64,000 nucleotides of DNA, taken from assembly GCA_964607415.1 (NCBI GenBank), contig CAZSKK010000003.1, positions 3,693 through 67,692 on the forward strand. The letters are read 5' to 3'. The position numbers were made by a program, and so were the translations under genes. The DNA comes from an uncultured Candidatus Saccharibacteria bacterium. Lineage in GTDB: Bacteria; Patescibacteriota; Dojkabacteria; J137. The notes under the pieces were generated by a model that ran no database searches, was not told the DNA's origin, and saw only the letters and a list, made by a program, of their open reading frames with translations. Of the stretch, positions 10,201 through 19,289 are shown piece after piece. The first letter of the stretch is position 1. Each line of letters opens with the position of its first letter.

Positions 10201-13200
10201 TGGAGCTGAGTATGGAGTTAAGCAAATTCTTCCACAATGGACATCTACATATATATTAACAAGTTATAATGGTTGGCAGTTAATTACAATGCCTAATAAT
10301 ACAACTGGTTGGGTAAACTCACGTAGTCAACTTTGTGCAGGCAGCCCACAAGTTTTAGGTTATAGTACTAATAACGGTAACTACTCAGGACAAACAATTT
10401 ACAATGGCGAATTGATATCAAGACCTCTAAATCAAGGTAGCTATATAGTAACTCAGTATTTTAACAGTAGACACAACGGTGTTGACTACGCAGCAAGTTG
10501 TGGAACTCCCGTTTTTTCAATTGCAGAAGGAATTGTGATGATTGCACAAAGTGGATTTTCAAATACGTACAATCCTAATTTAACTGGAGCTGCAAGAATT
10601 GAAGCAATGAACAGAGTCAATTACGTTATGATTGCACATAAAAACGGGATAATGAGTATTTACGCACATCTGCAGGATGTAAATGTGACTTTAGGCCAGC
10701 ATGTCCAAATGGGTCAGAAAATTGGAACGGTTGGGAATACGGGATGGAGCACTGGTTGCCATCTTCATTTTAGTACAAGAACTCCAAGTGGAGCATATTT
10801 GGATCCAGAATCTATTCTTAGTCAGCAGGTAAATGTAGATCAACTAAGAGCATTTAATTCTGTAAGAAGCAGAGAAAATAACTCTACAAGTTATCTTGCA
10901 GTTAATAATCCAAATGGAGTCACTCATCAATATTGTGGAGCATGGATTAAAGATTATGAATACTTTCTCGAACCAGGTGAAACTTGGAGAACATATACAA
11001 ATTTGATTTACAATCCTTCAATTAACAAATCTTTAAGATTAAGAGGTGATATCAGGCTTGCGTATTGGAATAAATATGGTGGGACTTGTGGCAATTTAGG
11101 ATTGCCAACAACAGACGATCTTTGGGCCGCACAATACATATCTAATGGAACAACTACAACTGGTGCTTATCAAAAGTTTGATAAAGGAACCATTCATAGT
11201 AGCGGGCATGGAACATATGCAACAACTGGAACATTAGATTATATTCATACAAGTGGTGGTGGAACTGGAAGATACGGATTTCCTTTAGGTGAAATGTATA
11301 ACACAACTGAACGAGGCATGTGCCAGCAGTTCGAAAGTGGTTTGCTTTGCGAAAGGGATGCACCAGATAATAGATCTGATGCAGAAAAGGCAATTGACGC
11401 AAGAGCTAAAGCATTAGGAAGTACAGGACCAAGTGCACTAATCAATATTTGCGGATATCCGGCAAAAACATATTCCAATGTGATTACAGGTGAGGATGGT
11501 GCGATTGTATATGTAAACGGGAAAGCTACATATAGTTATGGTGGAACGTACGATACATTCGATTACTTTAGCGATAGATGTACAAGATTTGGCATTTGGA
11601 CAAATGATCCAGCGGTTGGAGGAAAAGGTCCATATAATACTCCAGGTGCATATCAGGACTATCAAAACGGAAGGATTTATTGGAGCTGGAAACATGTTGG
11701 AAAGTTTGTTTTTGGAACAATTAAAAATAGGTTTGAAACAGCCGGTGGTACAAATTCACAATACGGCTGGCCAACCAGTGAGGTTTATTCGGTAAATGAA
11801 AACGATGTACAAACAAATTGTCAGAATTTTGAAGGGAGTGGAGTATATAGAAGAATTTGCGAAAGCACAGTTCCAGAGGATACTCCAGCACAAAAAGCAT
11901 TTTATCAGCTTACAGGAATTCGCTTTAGTCCAAGCCAAATTAGGATGGAGTGTGGTAGAGAAACAGTAAATTTGGCTAATGGCGTTGCTATTTATGATTC
12001 AAACCGAAATCTTGCCAGATCTATAACTGGAAATATTTTTACGGCTTACAATTCTAATGGTGGGTGTACTACTTTTGGAATACCTGAGAATAATACTGAT
12101 AGTGTTTGGGGTGCTGGAAATGTGACAGGCTTTGCCCAGCGATTTATAAGATCTGGTAGCCCTCAAGTTATTAACGATTTTTATGAATATAATAACAATG
12201 TAACAATATTGGAAGGCACACCTAGAAATATTTTTGAATTACATAATGGTTTAGGAACTAATGGTTTTCCGGTTAGATACTTTATTGATAGTTCCCTTGA
12301 AGATAGAGGCGTTTGTGTTCAAACAACTACAAGTGGAAATATTTGCGAAAGGCCAATTCCAGAATGGAGTGTTTTGTTAAGAAGTAGGGTAGAAGGTGAA
12401 AATCAAACTTACGATCTTTCACAAATTTCGAGCATTTGTAGTAACAATGATTACAAAATCCATCCTTTAAGTAATGGCATTATTTACTACGATCCGATTT
12501 ATCACAATACAAGAATAATTAGATCAAATATTTTTATTTACTGGAATAGGGCAGACAAAGGTTGTGCTGTGTTAGGATTACCAGAAAACGATACTAGCTT
12601 TCCAATTAGTCCACAAGGAACACCTGGGGAAGCGCAAAGATTTTATAGAGATGAAAAGATTTTTGATATTTACTGGTCACAGTTTGGTACAATCGAATTG
12701 GAAGGTGCTGCAAGGAATTTGTATAACAATAATGGTGGATTATGGAACAATGGCTTTCCGAAGAATGTATTTGAAGACAGTGTAAGAGGTGTCTGTGTTG
12801 AAACGGAAGATAGCACTATATGCCAAAATGAAGCTGCTGATCCCGGCACCTGTGCAGAAGGCCAAACCTGGGATCCTGTGAGTGCACAATGTTTAGAAAA
12901 TAAAGAGTATGAATGTAGACAGCTTCAAATGCATAAATTCACAAGCTCTCAAAATCAAGTGGTATGTGCTAAAACTCTTAACATTTCCTACTTCAATCAG
13001 TACCTAAAGGACGATGGTACCTATAGCGAACCTAGCGATGGGAATAAAATGTGTGGAGCTGCAAGCATAGTAATGATTTCATCTTATTTAGGCAAACTTC
13101 CTATTAAAGATAAAAGTACAAGGATCAAAGATTATATGTATAAAGATGAGGGTCAAGGAATTATTAATGGTACGCAATTAGCTTCAATAACAAATCCTTA

Positions 13201-13630
13201 TACTGGTCAGCCTATTAATATATGTCATGATGGTGCATTTGGTCTTACAGGAGCATTTGTAAGTTGTTCAGAAAGTTCCAAAGAGGGCATGGAAGCTTAT
13301 ATCAAACTAATTGGATTAAAAAAAGATAGTGAAATATGGCATAACCCATATGATTTTGATCCTTCTTGGAATTTTGTAAAAAATTCGATTGATAATGGAC
13401 ATCCAGTTATAATAACTTATGGTTGGAAAGATAAATTATTTGGCCATATTACAGTCATAAAAGGTTATACAAGTGATATCGATGGTAAAAAATTTGTAAT
13501 GAACGATAGCTTTACAGATACAAGTGTTCATGGTGTAGAAAACGGTTATAACTTAGATGGGAATAATGCTCTATATTCTCTTTGGGAAAAAGGATGGGAG
13601 CCAGGATACCTAATCTCAGTCAGCAAATAA
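7202..13630 (+). CDS. giant secreted multidomain cell-wall hydrolase/adhesin: Ig-like, SH3b x2, M23 peptidase, LGFP-like repeats, C-terminal C39-like cysteine peptidase
   Basis: Signal peptide after ATG 7202; SH3b (WLQIRTGSGVEGWV, TTGWV); M23 RHNGVDY and GWSTGCHLHF; LGLPT/YGFPL/YGWPT repeats; MCGAAS..GHITVIKGY..MNDS triad. Confidence 0.8.
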   Translation: MKGLLKTTLVWISIYLILSPLLLIKPSIAETLQNIEVCFIALDINNQIKQNLPSDTNVQIDFYDNVHLQENTINTLSGNFATVSYTQASPANRDLIGNDGIYDGYCETRQFTVDATTEYAYTQARIFSPNDISVVGYNDQFDIQVQSIADVFTYSNEFFDDIIGNESARNINSDGHIIMDVNREYRHLITILKDNTPIITNQPPQIYLSLNGEAEYTNNAVVQTDLNIATTNVIQNIRFGPSEVSIASLNWANYSDFNGEYILPGSDSTGNKRLCIQVKDSLNQDSNIACDEIIFDNLPPIGSIFINNDEIETSNTNLNLSLNAIDPILEDDQNGIGGIQMRFSEDNSNWSVWEPYLATKTFQTTTNNGQAFVFVQFQDSLGNVSISYSDNILVDPNSTIGTLRINNDDAYTNTSLVNLTLNKIGNRTPLYVRFIQTSNGQVPSNPPNVYNPTDNLGGWTYWQNYSENKQWDHDHPEAGTGTDGYGKKSIYAQYMWSDNTVTEIFRDSIIYAPYYAIEYRSVDHSELITEPQNSTPDFSYEPFFPEYTLNNIPTSLNTQEEVIIKLNTKNNGTFSWQPNIVNITNFWEVINIAPEFQSLVQSSTRGNNATPASIINYNQETGTLSLTVKAPSYPGTYKLKLDAIHEGVAQFSQFNNPSPGFEITVTTNPNTPQPGSDEEPDTDFTGYYPSNPYSGQLHVITGYVRYAPPNQYNAPYMIVEADGSSAYWYINQYDIGQYLNQVISVPIVIDNPSILSYYVIGWDAIPISYPSSLTLRPGDTIPIEIRYQNAGYHIWPIGTTRLGVTQSANGTSLFYDGSWLSDGRINMANNNQVRYGDVASFRFNIHAPTNIAVGSYRQCFEPLVEMVTWIGGSGRDVCINITVTNQPTPPVNNIPPISPTPSGDTGYVVRYACLDVLAGPQAGFPVVVHINYGDAVTVIGEATVGATDWLQIRTGSGVEGWVPRSSIDHVNDPANISFNLNNTYIASYVCGSSLTVYSGPGAEYGVKQILPQWTSTYILTSYNGWQLITMPNNTTGWVNSRSQLCAGSPQVLGYSTNNGNYSGQTIYNGELISRPLNQGSYIVTQYFNSRHNGVDYAASCGTPVFSIAEGIVMIAQSGFSNTYNPNLTGAARIEAMNRVNYVMIAHKNGIMSIYAHLQDVNVTLGQHVQMGQKIGTVGNTGWSTGCHLHFSTRTPSGAYLDPESILSQQVNVDQLRAFNSVRSRENNSTSYLAVNNPNGVTHQYCGAWIKDYEYFLEPGETWRTYTNLIYNPSINKSLRLRGDIRLAYWNKYGGTCGNLGLPTTDDLWAAQYISNGTTTTGAYQKFDKGTIHSSGHGTYATTGTLDYIHTSGGGTGRYGFPLGEMYNTTERGMCQQFESGLLCERDAPDNRSDAEKAIDARAKALGSTGPSALINICGYPAKTYSNVITGEDGAIVYVNGKATYSYGGTYDTFDYFSDRCTRFGIWTNDPAVGGKGPYNTPGAYQDYQNGRIYWSWKHVGKFVFGTIKNRFETAGGTNSQYGWPTSEVYSVNENDVQTNCQNFEGSGVYRRICESTVPEDTPAQKAFYQLTGIRFSPSQIRMECGRETVNLANGVAIYDSNRNLARSITGNIFTAYNSNGGCTTFGIPENNTDSVWGAGNVTGFAQRFIRSGSPQVINDFYEYNNNVTILEGTPRNIFELHNGLGTNGFPVRYFIDSSLEDRGVCVQTTTSGNICERPIPEWSVLLRSRVEGENQTYDLSQISSICSNNDYKIHPLSNGIIYYDPIYHNTRIIRSNIFIYWNRADKGCAVLGLPENDTSFPISPQGTPGEAQRFYRDEKIFDIYWSQFGTIELEGAARNLYNNNGGLWNNGFPKNVFEDSVRGVCVETEDSTICQNEAADPGTCAEGQTWDPVSAQCLENKEYECRQLQMHKFTSSQNQVVCAKTLNISYFNQYLKDDGTYSEPSDGNKMCGAASIVMISSYLGKLPIKDKSTRIKDYMYKDEGQGIINGTQLASITNPYTGQPINICHDGAFGLTGAFVSCSESSKEGMEAYIKLIGLKKDSEIWHNPYDFDPSWNFVKNSIDNGHPVIITYGWKDKLFGHITVIKGYTSDIDGKKFVMNDSFTDTSVHGVENGYNLDGNNALYSLWEKGWEPGYLISVSK

Positions 13631-13649
13631 AATTTTAATTTATATTTAT

Positions 13650-14240
13650 ATGAAACTTAATAAAAAAAATAAAATATTTCTTGTGCTTGGATTATTTCTA
13701 ACATTAGTAACTATATCAGTTCTGATATTTATATTTACTAATTCCCAATACAGGAAACATAAATTCGTCTTTAATAAAAATACATATCAAATATCATACA
13801 AAAAAGATTTAAAATTCGAAGCAAAGGATAATGAATTCTTGAGATTAGAAACATTAGATAGTTACTCATTCAACATAATTGAAAAGACACTCCCTCCTGA
13901 TAGTAATAAACAAGACATATTAAACTACCTTATAACTGTACAAGGATACTATGAAATACCTTTTGATGATAAAAATTATGAATACATTTTTAGTATTGAA
14001 GGAATCGACGTTTATATGTACAAAGACTTTAAGCAAACTTCTGATGAAGATAAATACTATGATTTCAGGCTATTTTTCAGATCGGGTAACAATTTAAGTA
14101 ATATATACATAGATTATAATAATTTATTTTTTACTCAAATCCTAGTCCAATTACCTAAAGCATTAACATCTAATGAAGTTTCAAAGGAAAGCGTAAATGA
14201 ATTGAAAGAAGCGTTTAAAAGTATAAAAAATGCTGAGTAA
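13650..14240 (+). CDS. hypothetical membrane-anchored protein
   Basis: Basic N-terminus plus single TM; 196-aa ORF. Confidence 0.7.
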   Translation: MKLNKKNKIFLVLGLFLTLVTISVLIFIFTNSQYRKHKFVFNKNTYQISYKKDLKFEAKDNEFLRLETLDSYSFNIIEKTLPPDSNKQDILNYLITVQGYYEIPFDDKNYEYIFSIEGIDVYMYKDFKQTSDEDKYYDFRLFFRSGNNLSNIYIDYNNLFFTQILVQLPKALTSNEVSKESVNELKEAFKSIKNAE

Positions 14241-14261
14241 TTTATAAATATAAATTTTCCT

Positions 14262-14326
14262 TCAAAATTTGTATTGCAATATAATGCGGCCACAAAGTAA
14301 TTTTGGTAGACTTACTCAAATACTTT
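14262..14326 (+). promoter_or_regulatory. conserved palindromic element plus hairpin, copy 2
   Basis: TTGTATTGCAATATAA (14269-14284), then GCGGCC..AAAGTAATTTTGGTAGACTTACTCAAATACTTT. Confidence 0.7.
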
Positions 14327-14394
14327 ATAGCAATTGTGAGTTAAGCGCTAAAGCTAAAGCATTTATATTATTACATACGACTTATCAACTCTAT

Positions 14395-15672
14395 ATGAAA
14401 AAGCTATTTAACAAAATATTCTCAAAAGGACGAAAAAGAAAAAATTTCATTATTGCTATCCTACTAGTTACTATCTCAATAACAGCTTTAGGTTTGATCA
14501 CTTATAAAAAGGAAGTAATGGTTTACCATAAACTCGAAGGTTTTGCTGAAATGGAAAATTATTATGTGTTTGGATTTAAATTTAAATCAGAGAATAAGTT
14601 ACTTACGCCTAGCGAGGAAATAACAATATTAGATACGAATATTTTCTATAAAGGTAGTATATTAAGTCCAACCGATATTCCAGGGTTTCCTTACGTAGGC
14701 ATTTCAGAGACAAAATTAGATTTTTTCGAAACTAAAGTTAAAGATAGCTCAATTTTATTTTTGCCTCATCAAATTGACTCTCCATGCCCTAATGCTTATG
14801 TGGAAACTTTCCGTTATATAGTTTGCCAAACAGATGAGTACACTAAAATTTTTTCTATTTCTTCTCTCAAAAGCAAACCCATTACTAACCAAATTATTAG
14901 TGTGCACGGCAGAAGCCGTATAATGGATTATGTAATAACAGAATCCAAAGAATATTTTTTTATTCAGAACATAACAAAAAATGAAATCTGCCTTTTTCAA
15001 ACCAAAAAACAAGAAGAAGCTTATAGTAGTTGTACTGATGCAGAAGCTGAAATAGTGCCTAATAATGGTTCATCAGAATTGTACGTGTTTGATGTTAAGT
15101 ATTTTAACATTGAAGCTAAACAGGCGATTTTGTTAGGAGGCATACGTATTCGTGGGCTTTCTGATCTTTTTTTTGTAGACCTTAATTTAGATAGAGTTAT
15201 TAAATTCCCCGCGTTCTCAAATAATCTATGGTACGACAGATACTACATAGAATCTAATAATATTTTTGTGATTGCAGCAGATACTAATATTAGATATAAG
15301 TTGGTAAATAATAGTGAGTATGAAATGCAAAGTGATGAATTTGGCGCAGGTATAACTCTATATTGGAGTAATATTGCTACTAAAGCTTTAGTAGACAATA
15401 AGATAATCAATTTATATACTAATAGCACCTTACTAGATCTAAATAAATTTAAATGCAACGCAACTAGTCTAGGAGGCTTTGGCTCAAATAGAAACACTAT
15501 TATTGCAATCAGCTTTAATAATCAATGTAAATTTCACACAATGCTATTAGATCCTCACAAAAATTTCATAAAAAAGCTTGACATTGATACTACGGAAGAT
15601 AGATATAAATTTGTAAAACTGATAACCTTGAAAGATATCGGGTTTTTAAAACAAGAAAACTTCTATATGTAG
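14395..15672 (+). CDS. hypothetical membrane-anchored, beta-rich extracellular protein
   Basis: ATG 14395, basic N-terminus plus TM, scattered Cys. Confidence 0.65.
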   Translation: MKKLFNKIFSKGRKRKNFIIAILLVTISITALGLITYKKEVMVYHKLEGFAEMENYYVFGFKFKSENKLLTPSEEITILDTNIFYKGSILSPTDIPGFPYVGISETKLDFFETKVKDSSILFLPHQIDSPCPNAYVETFRYIVCQTDEYTKIFSISSLKSKPITNQIISVHGRSRIMDYVITESKEYFFIQNITKNEICLFQTKKQEEAYSSCTDAEAEIVPNNGSSELYVFDVKYFNIEAKQAILLGGIRIRGLSDLFFVDLNLDRVIKFPAFSNNLWYDRYYIESNNIFVIAADTNIRYKLVNNSEYEMQSDEFGAGITLYWSNIATKALVDNKIINLYTNSTLLDLNKFKCNATSLGGFGSNRNTIIAISFNNQCKFHTMLLDPHKNFIKKLDIDTTEDRYKFVKLITLKDIGFLKQENFYM

Positions 15673-15746
15673 ACTAACAAGCTGAAAGTACCAAAATATT
15701 TATTCTAGCATGTATTAATTTAGCAACAAAAATTTCTTGATTTCCC

Positions 15747-15811
15747 TCAAAATTTGTATTGCAATACAATGCGGCCCAAAAGTAATTTTGGTAGACTTAC
15801 CCAAATACTTT
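15747..15811 (+). promoter_or_regulatory. conserved palindromic element plus hairpin, copy 3
   Basis: Perfect TTGTATTGCAATACAA (15754-15769); downstream ~40 bp nearly identical to copy 2. Confidence 0.7.
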
Positions 15812-15903
15812 GCGGAATAAACAAATTCGAATAAATAACTTCGAATTAATTTCCAACTTCAAATAGAAAATATTAAAAAATTTTACTTTTTTATTAATTC
15901 ATT

Positions 15904-16665
15904 ATGTCAAGAATACTACATTTGTTTCTTCAGCTTTCTTTGAAAGCTAAAGTTCTTATCTTATTTGCATCAAGCGCTTCTGTTGCTGTAACTGGAACTG
16001 GTGCCTACTTCGTAGCACAAAGTTTAACTACAAATAACGAACACGAGCAAGTTATTACAGAGGAAGTTAACACTAACGAAGCTTTAGACGTTCCATCTTA
16101 TCCTGTAGCTATTGAAGATAACAAAACTGAAGAAGTTGTTGCCGAAGTACCAGTAGAGCAACCTGCTACACAGCCAACATATATTCCTCCAATTCAACAA
16201 CAACCAACTCCAACCCCACAGCCTGCGCCTACACCAGAACCTGAACCTCCAACTGGTGAAGAACCAGAATCAATATTTGGAGGAACTTTTACTAGCAGTA
16301 ACTATCAATTCTCATTTTCTTATATGCCAAGCATGGGTACTGCCTCAAGTACATACGATCCCAATGCGATGACTAAACCAGAAACTATCACTTTTAGTTC
16401 TAGAGCTGGATCAGTATCCGTAAATCCCATGCCTTTTGGAATTGAAACGCCTCCTCCAATTGAAGAATATTCACTTAACGCTGCATCAGGACAAACATTT
16501 AACGTTAGAATTAACAATCGAAATGGAATAATATTCTATGAAGCAAGCTATGGTATATGGGATCAAGGCTCTGTTACAATAGTCCTTTCTGGATACCCTT
16601 CAGTAGAATATGCAAAAGCAGAAGCTAATTATATTATAACCAGCATGAATATAGGAGCAATTTAA
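15904..16665 (+). CDS. hypothetical membrane-anchored protein with Pro/Gln/Glu-rich stalk
   Basis: N-terminal TM, PTPTPQPAPTPEPEPP linker, globular C-terminal domain. Confidence 0.7.
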   Translation: MSRILHLFLQLSLKAKVLILFASSASVAVTGTGAYFVAQSLTTNNEHEQVITEEVNTNEALDVPSYPVAIEDNKTEEVVAEVPVEQPATQPTYIPPIQQQPTPTPQPAPTPEPEPPTGEEPESIFGGTFTSSNYQFSFSYMPSMGTASSTYDPNAMTKPETITFSSRAGSVSVNPMPFGIETPPPIEEYSLNAASGQTFNVRINNRNGIIFYEASYGIWDQGSVTIVLSGYPSVEYAKAEANYIITSMNIGAI

Positions 16666-16696
16666 AGTCAAAAAATGCTTAATAGCTCTTTTGCTC

Positions 16697-18160
16697 TTAA
16701 GCTGTTAACCTTTCCAAAACCTCCTTCTTCCCCAAAACTTGCAAACATTCAAACAGTTGCGGGGAGAATGGAGTTCCTACAACCGCTACTCTTAAAGCCA
16801 TAAAAATATCGCCATGTTTTGCTGAATATTTATCTCCTATAGCTCTCATTCCTGTTTCCCATTGTTCGTGCGTCCATGTAGATGAATCATCAGGCATTGT
16901 TTCAATTAAGGCATAAATATCTTTTTTTATGTCTGATAACTGAGAACTGATTGCTGACAACTGTTTTATATTCCAATCAATATTGGCAGGTTTATTGTAA
17001 AAAAACATTATTTGTCCTAATGCATCCTTTAGTGTTGTAGCTCTATCTTTAACCAAAGACAACTTAACGGATAGAGCGGTGTCTGCATTTATTGTAGATT
17101 TTGTAGCCTCATCAGCATCTGAAAAGTTATTAAGCCACTTTAAAAACTTATTTGTAAGTAACTCCGAATCCATATTCTTAATGTATTCTTTGTTAAACCA
17201 AACAAGTTTATCTCTATTAAATACAGAATTCGTTCTATTCAAATCTTTCAAATCAAACATTTCAATGAATTCTGAAAGAGAAAAAATTTCTCGCTCTTTT
17301 TGCCCGTGCTCTCGTTTAATTGGAGCAGACCAACCTAAAAGCATTAGAAAATTTAAAATGGCTTCTGTAAAATATCCTTCATTTACAAACTCTCTTGAAG
17401 ATACGGCTCCTTTTCTTTTAGAAAGTTTTCCTCCGGCTGGATCTAAAATGACAGGCAAATGATAATATGGTGGCATTTCAATTCCTAAAAATCTATGAAG
17501 TAAAACTTGCTTTGGCGTACTAGGTAACCACTCAATTGCTCTAAAAACATGAGAGATCTTCATTAAATAATCATCAACAACAACAGCTAAATGGTATGAA
17601 GCCATTCCGTCTGATTTAATCAAGATTTCGTCACCCACAATATTTGAATCAAACTTAATTTCGCCCTGCAGTCCATCTTTGTGCATAATTACTTCATCAT
17701 CTGGAACTTTTAGTCTGATCGTATATTGTTTCCCTTCATCCATAAGTTTTTTTACATCATCATCAGATGCATTTCTATATGGTGATCTAAATCCTTTACC
17801 TTTAAATTCGGCCTGTAAGGATTTAAGCTCTTCACCTTCCAAAAAACAATAATACGCATTGCCTTGATCTAAAAGCTGATTTGCATATTTTCTATAGATT
17901 TCTTTTCTTTCGCTTTGAATGTAAGGCCCATAATCTCCACCATGCTTAACACTTTCGTCGGGTTCAAGCCCGTACTCATGAAGCATGTCAAAAATTTCAT
18001 CAATGGCACCTTCTACAAGTCTTTTTTGATCAGTATCTTCAACTCTAACAATAAATTGACCGCTTGTATTTTTTGCAAATGCATAGGCATATAAAGCAGT
18101 TCTTAAACTACCTATATGAAGCATTCCTGTTGGGCTTGGAGCAAATCTTGTTCGTGCCAT
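16697..18160 (-). CDS. gltX: glutamate--tRNA ligase
   Basis: RTRFAPSPTGMLHIG (HIGH) and KLSKR motifs. Confidence 0.97.
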   Translation of the reverse strand: MARTRFAPSPTGMLHIGSLRTALYAYAFAKNTSGQFIVRVEDTDQKRLVEGAIDEIFDMLHEYGLEPDESVKHGGDYGPYIQSERKEIYRKYANQLLDQGNAYYCFLEGEELKSLQAEFKGKGFRSPYRNASDDDVKKLMDEGKQYTIRLKVPDDEVIMHKDGLQGEIKFDSNIVGDEILIKSDGMASYHLAVVVDDYLMKISHVFRAIEWLPSTPKQVLLHRFLGIEMPPYYHLPVILDPAGGKLSKRKGAVSSREFVNEGYFTEAILNFLMLLGWSAPIKREHGQKEREIFSLSEFIEMFDLKDLNRTNSVFNRDKLVWFNKEYIKNMDSELLTNKFLKWLNNFSDADEATKSTINADTALSVKLSLVKDRATTLKDALGQIMFFYNKPANIDWNIKQLSAISSQLSDIKKDIYALIETMPDDSSTWTHEQWETGMRAIGDKYSAKHGDIFMALRVAVVGTPFSPQLFECLQVLGKKEVLERLTA

Positions 18161-18311
18161 ATTCGGGTTACTGTTAATTAGTTAATTTGTATTTTGTTAA
18201 TAAGTGCACTGACCAATTAACAAATTAACTAAATTGAAAATTAAGTTAACTTGACATTCAGTATTTATTATGTCATAAATTATATAATAAGTTGTTATTC
18301 AAAACAAATAA

Positions 18312-18782
18312 ATGCAAGATAACACAATGTCATCCCCAACACCTTCCGTTTCCCAAAAATATAACATTTTAGTAGTTGAAGACGAACCAGATGCTAAAGA
18401 ATTATTTATAGAATTATTGGCTACAGTTCCAGAATATGAAGTTCAGGGTGCTAATGATGGAGAGGAAGCTTTACAAAAAGCTGGAACAACTAAATTTGAC
18501 CTTATCCTTTTAGACATTGTAATGCCTAGAAAGGATGGTATCGAAACTTTAGATGATATACTTAAAGATAAAGCTAAATATGGCAACCCTATAGTTATCA
18601 TGCTTACAAATATTGGTGGTGATCTTGCGATTGAAAAAGCTTTAGAAATGGGTGCTGCCGGTTATAAATTGAAAATTGATACAGATCCAGAAGAATTACT
18701 AAGATATGTTGATGAGATGTTGAAGAAAAAAGGTGCACTGGGAGCGCAAAGTGCAAGTACTTTACCTCCACTAGCTGCTTAG
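18312..18782 (+). CDS. single-domain response regulator (receiver)
   Basis: ILVVEDE, DLILLDIVMP..DG, IMLTN, GAAGYKLK. Confidence 0.92.
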   Translation: MQDNTMSSPTPSVSQKYNILVVEDEPDAKELFIELLATVPEYEVQGANDGEEALQKAGTTKFDLILLDIVMPRKDGIETLDDILKDKAKYGNPIVIMLTNIGGDLAIEKALEMGAAGYKLKIDTDPEELLRYVDEMLKKKGALGAQSASTLPPLAA

Positions 18783-18795
18783 AAATACAAACTTT

Positions 18796-18833
18796 AAAGC
18801 GGGTCTGAAGAAAATTCTTCAGGCCCGCTTTTT
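18796..18833. terminator. intrinsic (probably bidirectional) terminator
   Basis: AAAGCGGGTCTGAAG-aaaatt-CTTCAGGCCCGCTTTTT between convergent genes. Confidence 0.8.
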
Positions 18834-18838
18834 ACTCC

Positions 18839-19282
18839 TTATCTAGGAACAGTCCCATCTTCGTTCAAGTCTAAATTTTCATTTTCAAGTATAAATAGAT
18901 CTAAAATTTTAGGATCTTCTTGAAAATCTCTTATTCTTCTTAGCACATTTCCGCTTGGAATAAGTTCTATATTTTCTTTATTAGTAATGCCTTCTTCTGC
19001 TGCAAGCAAAGTATAATTTTCAAAAAAAAGCTCAAGATCATCGTTAGAATTGATTTCATTTAAGTATATTATCGCTTTATCATCCTTTACTTCAATAGTG
19101 TAGTCAATATTTTCTTTAATATAACTTCTATTAATTTCTTCTACATTGCTTTGTCTAAACAGTCCTTCGCCTTTATAAAATAATATATTAATACCCACTA
19201 AAGTTATCACCAGAAGTACTAAAACTATGGTAATAATTCCAAAGTTAGACCTTAAATTTTTGAATCTATTCTTTTTATCCAT
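18839..19282 (-). CDS. hypothetical membrane-anchored protein
   Basis: ATG 19282 (MDKKNRF), single TM, directly downstream of the giant hydrolase gene. Confidence 0.65.
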   Translation of the reverse strand: MDKKNRFKNLRSNFGIITIVLVLLVITLVGINILFYKGEGLFRQSNVEEINRSYIKENIDYTIEVKDDKAIIYLNEINSNDDLELFFENYTLLAAEEGITNKENIELIPSGNVLRRIRDFQEDPKILDLFILENENLDLNEDGTVPR

Positions 19283-19289
19283 ATTTTTA

